NCBI GenBank assembly: GCA_009602725.1
Contig: WELB01000002.1
Span: forward strand, 1,148,956 to 1,180,834
Origin: Spirogloea muscicola
Lineage: Eukaryota
Reading direction: 5' to 3'
Length of the DNA: 31,879 nucleotides
The notes below the pieces were generated by a model, which worked only from the letters and a program-made list of their open reading frames with translations, was not told where the DNA came from and searched no databases. Positions 24,043 to 31,879 of this stretch are shown here, in pieces. Position 1 is the first letter of the stretch. Each line of letters begins with the position of its first letter. The position numbers were made by a program, and so were the translations under genes.

Positions 24043-26775
24043 TCATCTGCAACTCATTTGTGACTTTGCGGATGTGGACGCCTTCTCCTTTGCTGAGGGG
24101 GATATACCACGCGCCGTCTGCAGCAGCGCATCCATTATGTACTTATCTGAGTGTAGGCCCGCACGGAATTCCTCAAAGCTCAGCCGCCCGTCGCTGTTGG
24201 CATCCATGCGGTCGAACAGGTCATCCAGCTCGCCCTGCTCTGTGATGTTCGACGGGAGGAACTCACACGGCAACGCCTGCCCGCATTTGCAGCAAGCAAC
24301 ATCATTTGCTTTCAGCAACAGCACGACATACTACTTCCTGTGCTTAAAGATTATTGCAGCCAAACAAGTACTCTGATTCTATTGCAGCCAAACAAGAAGT
24401 AGCAGCATCTAGTCCTCTTAAAAATGTTGAATCGCATGGACACACTGACCAAGTCCGCACAATGGTTGGCAAAGTTTGCCTTTCTTACTCGCAACATGCA
24501 AGCAAGCTCCTCCTTTGAAATGTGACCCGAATCGTCCAAGTCGTACATCTGCAGCCAGTAAGGTTTTGTGAGGGATATCTCTGTTATGTATGCAGTCTCG
24601 CAAAAGCTTAATGCCTGCATGAGCCAAGAAACACTGTGGTGAGCGGAATTTCTGCTCCATCAACTTGCATGTAGGCGCTGTACCTTGAAGCAGAACTTGA
24701 GGGCCTCTTCGCCCTCCGACTTCTTCAGGGATGCAAACCCGCACACGATTCTCGCGCATGTCCACTGTGCCATCGCTATTTGCGTCAAAGATGTCAAAGA
24801 TGCGATGTGCAATGGGGGTCAGCGAGCCCATCTGCATGCCCTGCAACACCTGCTGAAATGCTGGGAGTGTCAGGCTGGTCCCATCGCCTGCCCTGCAGCA
24901 CAACAGCTACGTTGGCCATCAGTGACCTTAGCAGGCACACGCAGGAACACTGCCTTGGGTAGCCATCTGAGCCCATTTTGCACCAAAGTAGAGGTAGCCC
25001 TACTCGTACCTGAAGCATGTCACGACTAGCTGCCATGCCAAGGGAAGAGATCGCCGTGTGGGTGCAATGAGTGAATGACGGCGCCTAAGTGCCTCAAGGT
25101 GCGCAAGCATATGACGAGCCAGAAGGTGATAAGGGTCGAGATTGCATACAAGCGTTTGAATTGGCTGTGCAGCATCTTGAGCTCCCCGGAACTGAGCCCC
25201 TCGCTGCCCATGAGTGACCGCAGCTGCTTGGTACGCAACATGAACTGGTTGCTCACGATGCTGGCATAGGCAGCCGCACGGAACTTGCGGCGAGCATTGA
25301 AGGAGATGAGCCGACGGAAGATGTCCTCCTCCACTGGCTCCCGCTTTGCTACTTGGCCCGTCACCCAGGGATGTAGCAGCAGCTGCCACGCGGTACAAGC
25401 ACCGGCTGATGAGGGCTTCTGGGACAGCTGACCAACGCAGCAGCAGGAGCGGCAGCTGGTTGACAAGTGAGGCAGGAATCCACAGCTCACCCATGTTACA
25501 AGGTCGCTCTTACCTCTGCAGCGCTTGGCCGCTGGCTGGCGTCCAAAGTGAGGAGGCCCTCAATGAGCTGCTTGGCAGATGGCGACACGCTCTTCCACGT
25601 CTTCTCGTCAAAGTCAAAGGAGGCCTGCACGCAAGGCCATGGGATACCAGCTGAATCGGAAGTACCTCATGATAACAAAGGGCTCATTCTCTATCTTACT
25701 CTTGGAGTTGCGTGAGCGCATGCTGGCCCTTTCTTGACTGGCTGCGACAAATGCAATCCCGCTCGGTCCTGTCTTGAAGTGCAGCTGACAAGCACACAGA
25801 ATCTGTGGCAGGGGCTTCGCTCAAGTTATGCTGTGCTCAACAGCAGAACACCTACCGTCTGGATAAGCTGCTGCTTCTCCTTGTTGCTGCGAGCGTGGAA
25901 GGGAGGGTATCTGATCGACGTCGACATCGAATGCACGATGCGATAAAGTCAGGCTGGCCAGCAACTCGAGCGAGGCGACACGCACAAACATCATGAGTGG
26001 GCACGTTATGTTGCTCACTCAGGAGCAAGCGCTCAGCCGGCTCACTGCCAGTATCACGAGGAAAAAAGGTGGCCGTCCTCGCGGGTGCTCACCCGCAGAG
26101 CAGGATGTAGAGGATGACGCCGAGAGACCACATGTCGCTGGCGGGGCCGAGGCGGCGCTGCCGCAGCGCCTCGGGCGGCACGTAGTCAATGGAGCCGAAG
26201 AGGCCGGCGAGCGGCCGCGTGGTGCCCTCGATCTGGCTGAGCCCGAAGTCCATGATCTTCAGCGGCGCCGCCTCGTCGGGCGTGAGGAAGAGGCAGTTCT
26301 CGGGCTTGAGGTCGCCGTGCACGATGCCCGCGGCGTGCAGGCTGGCCAGGCCGGCGGCGAGCTGCCGGATGACGGCGGCGGCGCCGGCCTCGGAGTAGCG
26401 CTCCTGCAACGCGATGCGGTCGAAGAGCTCGCCGCCGGAGCAGAGCTCCAGCACCAGGTGGATGTCCGCGTCGTCCTCGAACACGTCGCGCAGGTGGATG
26501 ACGTTGGCGTGCGGCGACACGCGCTCCACCACCGCCGCCATCACCACCACCTCGTTCTCCACCATCGCCGCCGCCTCCGCGTGCGCGCCCCGCTTCCTTA
26601 GCGTCTTCACCGCCACCTCCCCGCCGCCGCCGCCGCCGCCGCCGCCGCGGGCCACGGCGCGCCGCACGACGGAGAAGCCGCCGGTGCCCAGCACCTCCGC
26701 CAGCTCGTAGCACTCCTCCAGGCGCCGCGGCGGTCCGTCGTCGTCGTCGTCCTCGCTGGGGCTACCGGCGCCCAT
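24043..26775 (-). pseudogene. CCaMK: Calcium- and calmodulin-dependent protein kinase CCaMK/DMI3 with a +1 frameshift in exon 5 as assembled (pseudogene or sequence error); exons 26775-26093, 25910-25856, 25624-25514, 25382-25150, 24892-24684, 24548-24489, 24276-24043
   Basis: Kinase domain: LGTGGFSVVR, VAVKTLR, VSPHANVI, LKIMDFGLS, GLFGSIDYV, GYPPFHA, FDEKTWK. CaM-binding region: SFNARRKFRAAA. Three EF-hands: FDANSDGTVDMRE, YDLDDSGHISKEE, MDANSDGRLSFEE. Exon 5 is 209 nt where phase requires 208; there is an extra A at 24749/24750. Family identity is high confidence; pseudogene status is moderate. Confidence 0.8.
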
Positions 26776-26947
26776 GNGCTTCCTCAGCGTCTTCACCGCC
26801 ACCTCCCCGCCGCCGCCGCGGGCCACGGCGCGTCGCACCACGGAGAAGCCGCCGGTGCCCAGCACCTCCGCCAGCGAGTAGTGCTCCTCCAGGCGCCGCG
26901 GCGCGCCGTCGTCATCGTCGTCCTCGCTGGGGCTGCCGGCACCCATG
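26593..26947 (-). repeat. Direct duplication of the CCaMK N-terminal coding segment across a single N at 26777
   Basis: 26946-26779 encodes MGAGSPSEDDDDDGAPRRLEEHYSLAEVLGTGGFSVVRRAVARG4EVAVKTLRK. 26775 onward encodes MGAGSPSEDDDDDGPPRRLEECYELAEVLGTGGFSVVRRAVARG9EVAVKTLRK. Confidence 0.9.
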
Positions 26948-27314
26948 CCGGCGCCCCAGGCGGGCGTGTCCGCAGGACCAGCCCGCGCGAGCCGCCGCCG
27001 CCGCTAGCCGAAGGCCGCGGGGCCGCGAGGCGCCAGGCGGCCTGCAGGCAGGCGGCGGCGGGAGGCGCTGCCCGCGGGCCGCCCAGTCGGCACGCCCCCC
27101 ACGAGCTGGCCTGCGGAGCGCGGAGCGGCCCAGCTCCGCCTTCCGCACCGAGCTCGGGCTCTGGCTCTCGCTGACTTGACGATGTTGAGCGCCCACTTGC
27201 TGACGTCTCGGAAACTAGTTTCCTGCTGTTTGCGCCATCCAGCAGCCTGTTCAACCCTTGTACATCCCTTTTGGGCGTGCCGCTCACAGCCACTGCCTTG
27301 CCTTGCACCAGAAG

Positions 27315-27788
27315 GAAAGTGGCTCTCCTAAAGAGGAGGGCTCGCCCATTGAGGATATGGGCTGGAAAAGCCAGCCCCAAAAAGAATGAACAAAGTACGA
27401 GAAGGGGCCAGAGGAAGCGCTAAGAACACAAAAGCACACAAAGAAAGAAAGCAGCTACAAATCACTCAGTAACCCCTGCTAAGCAGCCGCAAATCAGAGA
27501 GGCTAGGGTCCTGAAAGTGGGTCCCCTCTCCTAAAGAAAGGGCTCGCCCATTGAGGATAGGGGCTGGACAAGCCAGCCCAAAAAAGAATGAACAAAGAAC
27601 GAGAAGGGGGCCAGAGGAAGCCAGAGGAAGCGCTAAGAAACCAAAGCACACAAAGAAAGAAAGCAGCTACAAATCACTCAGTAACCCCTGCTAAGCAGCC
27701 GCAAATCAGAGAGGGTCCCCTCTCCTAAAGGGCTGTAAACAGCCAGCCCGAACGGAACTGACAAGGTCCGAAGGGACCGAGAAGCGCT
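27315..27788 (+). repeat. Tandem array of about 200-bp units (two full, one partial) of the hairpin-core repeat, upstream of CCaMK
   Basis: CTCTCCTAAAG recurs at 27323, 27526 and 27720. Units 1 and 2 share long identical blocks (e.g. AAAGCACACAAAGAAAGAAAGCAGCTACAAATCACTCAGTAACCCCTGCTAAGCAGCCGCAAATCAGAGAGG). Confidence 0.9.
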
Positions 27789-27829
27789 CGACCAGAAAGC
27801 TGGTCGAGCCTTCGCTGGTGGCACGAGGG

Positions 27830-28660
27830 CTTGTCAAGTGCCGTCCCGTATTCGAGCATCAGAGCGACCTCTCTGTGCTGACTCGTGGTTACTGAGCGGG
27901 TCAGCTTAGCAGCCGGTGACGTACACCTGTCGATGTGCTTGCCTCTGTACTTGACCACTCAGGCCCTCCATCACTCCATACACACTCCACAATCCAGCTC
28001 CTTCCAGTCTTCTTTTATTTGCGCCTAGCCCCTTTCGACATTGTCAAGTCCTTCTGGAATGCGTGCTGGGATGGCCTTTTACGGCCTTTAGGGAATGCTT
28101 CATCTTGATTTTCCGTGATGCATTTCCAGACTCCTCTGGACCTTGTCCTTCTTCTAAAGGCTGGCCCTTTCTGCCCTCGCCCCATAGGAGAAGCTGCTCC
28201 TTTTACATAGCCCCCTTCAGAAGAGCTTCTTCATTCCAGATAAGTCCGTCTTTTGGGCTGGTCTTTCACAGCCATCGCCTCCTACTGAGAGAGCTACTTT
28301 CCAGCTGCTAGGTCTCCTAAACTGCGGCTATTGACTAGGGGTGTTTGAGCAGCCATCGTTAGTCGTCACTTGCTTGACTGAGCGGCTTGCGCTTGCCGAC
28401 CCCTGTAGACCTTATCCTTTCCTCTTGGGCTGGCCTTTCACAGCCCTCGCCCCTCTCTCAGCGAGCTTCTTGACTCTGAGCAACCTGCCGACCAATATGC
28501 GGGCACCGATCAGCAATCTCTGCTGACCCGCCCCACAGCTACGGAGCGGGTCACTACAGCGGCAGGCTGCCCACACTCGTGGATGCGCTTGCCTCTGTGC
28601 TGGCTGCTCTTGCCCTGCAACCTTCATCTCTTGGCCTGCATCACTCAGTACACGCGTTCC
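27830..28660 (-). repeat. Inverted-orientation degenerate copies of the same repeat family
   Basis: The reverse complement shows GGCTGTGAAAGACCAGCCCAAAAG (core 28256-28273) and GGGCTGTGAAAGGCCAGCCCAAG (28427-28446), with weaker copies near 28068 and 28159. 27895-27960 resembles 28544-28610 (GAGCGGGTCA...GATG(T/C)GCTTGCCTCTGT). Confidence 0.65.
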
Positions 28661-28855
28661 TCCCATCCCCTTCTCCTCCTCGTGCCCTCCTTGTGCCACT
28701 CCGGCCTGCTCTCAACCGGCCTCCTTGTGCGCTGGCGGATTGAGGCTCAGCGGCATCGCCAGGCACCCCGGGCCACAACCGAGAGCACGGCGGCGTGGTC
28801 CGTCTCAGCTCCGGGCTGACAAGCGTACGCATCCGCAACACCCGCAAATGGGGGC

Positions 28856-31738
<2,883 letters not shown>

Positions 31739-31879
31739 TCAGCGGGAGCAGGGTTCTGGGTTTCGCCCGAGCTGGAGCTGGAGTGGGCCTGAGACCTGCC
31801 CGAGCCCAGTGATCGCAGGCTTCCTCAGCTGTGCTTAATGGAGGAGCTTGTCGGGAACAATCATATCTCTAAATGGGGG

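Noticed and set aside
26089..26946. Novel kinase with tandem-duplicated N-lobe (285-aa ORF)
   Set aside because: The junction is an N gap, so a scaffolding join of two variants is the simpler explanation.
27315..28460. CRISPR-like array (palindromic repeats with spacers)
   Set aside because: The intervening sequences are themselves repeated and irregular in length, orientations are mixed, the context is eukaryotic and no cas genes are present.

Overview
This is eukaryotic, intron-rich, gene-dense nuclear DNA from a green plant-lineage organism. A streptophyte alga is the most plausible source; this is inferred from the CCaMK and SICKLE-like genes, the short introns and the very GC-rich first exons. 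There are six protein-coding loci: a GH31 alpha-glucosidase/xylosidase (+, 5' part outside the window), transportin-SR/MOS14 (-), PLAA/Doa1 (+, head-to-head with MOS14), a SICKLE/MPLKIP-like gene (+), a CCaMK/DMI3 symbiosis-pathway kinase (-) and GSNOR/class III ADH (-). Four observations stand out. (1) The CCaMK copy has a +1 frameshift right after EF-hand 1, plus HRD->HGD in the catalytic loop. (2) Both single-N gaps are flanked by diverged duplicates of a gene 5' end, suggesting homeologs or haplotypes stitched together in the assembly. (3) An unclassified modular repeat family with a recurring GGCTG-N-CAGCC hairpin sits upstream of both SICKLE and CCaMK, in tandem and inverted arrangement. 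(4) PLAA has one GC-AG intron. No CRISPR array, rRNA or tRNA was recognised, and I found no convincing novel multi-gene system.
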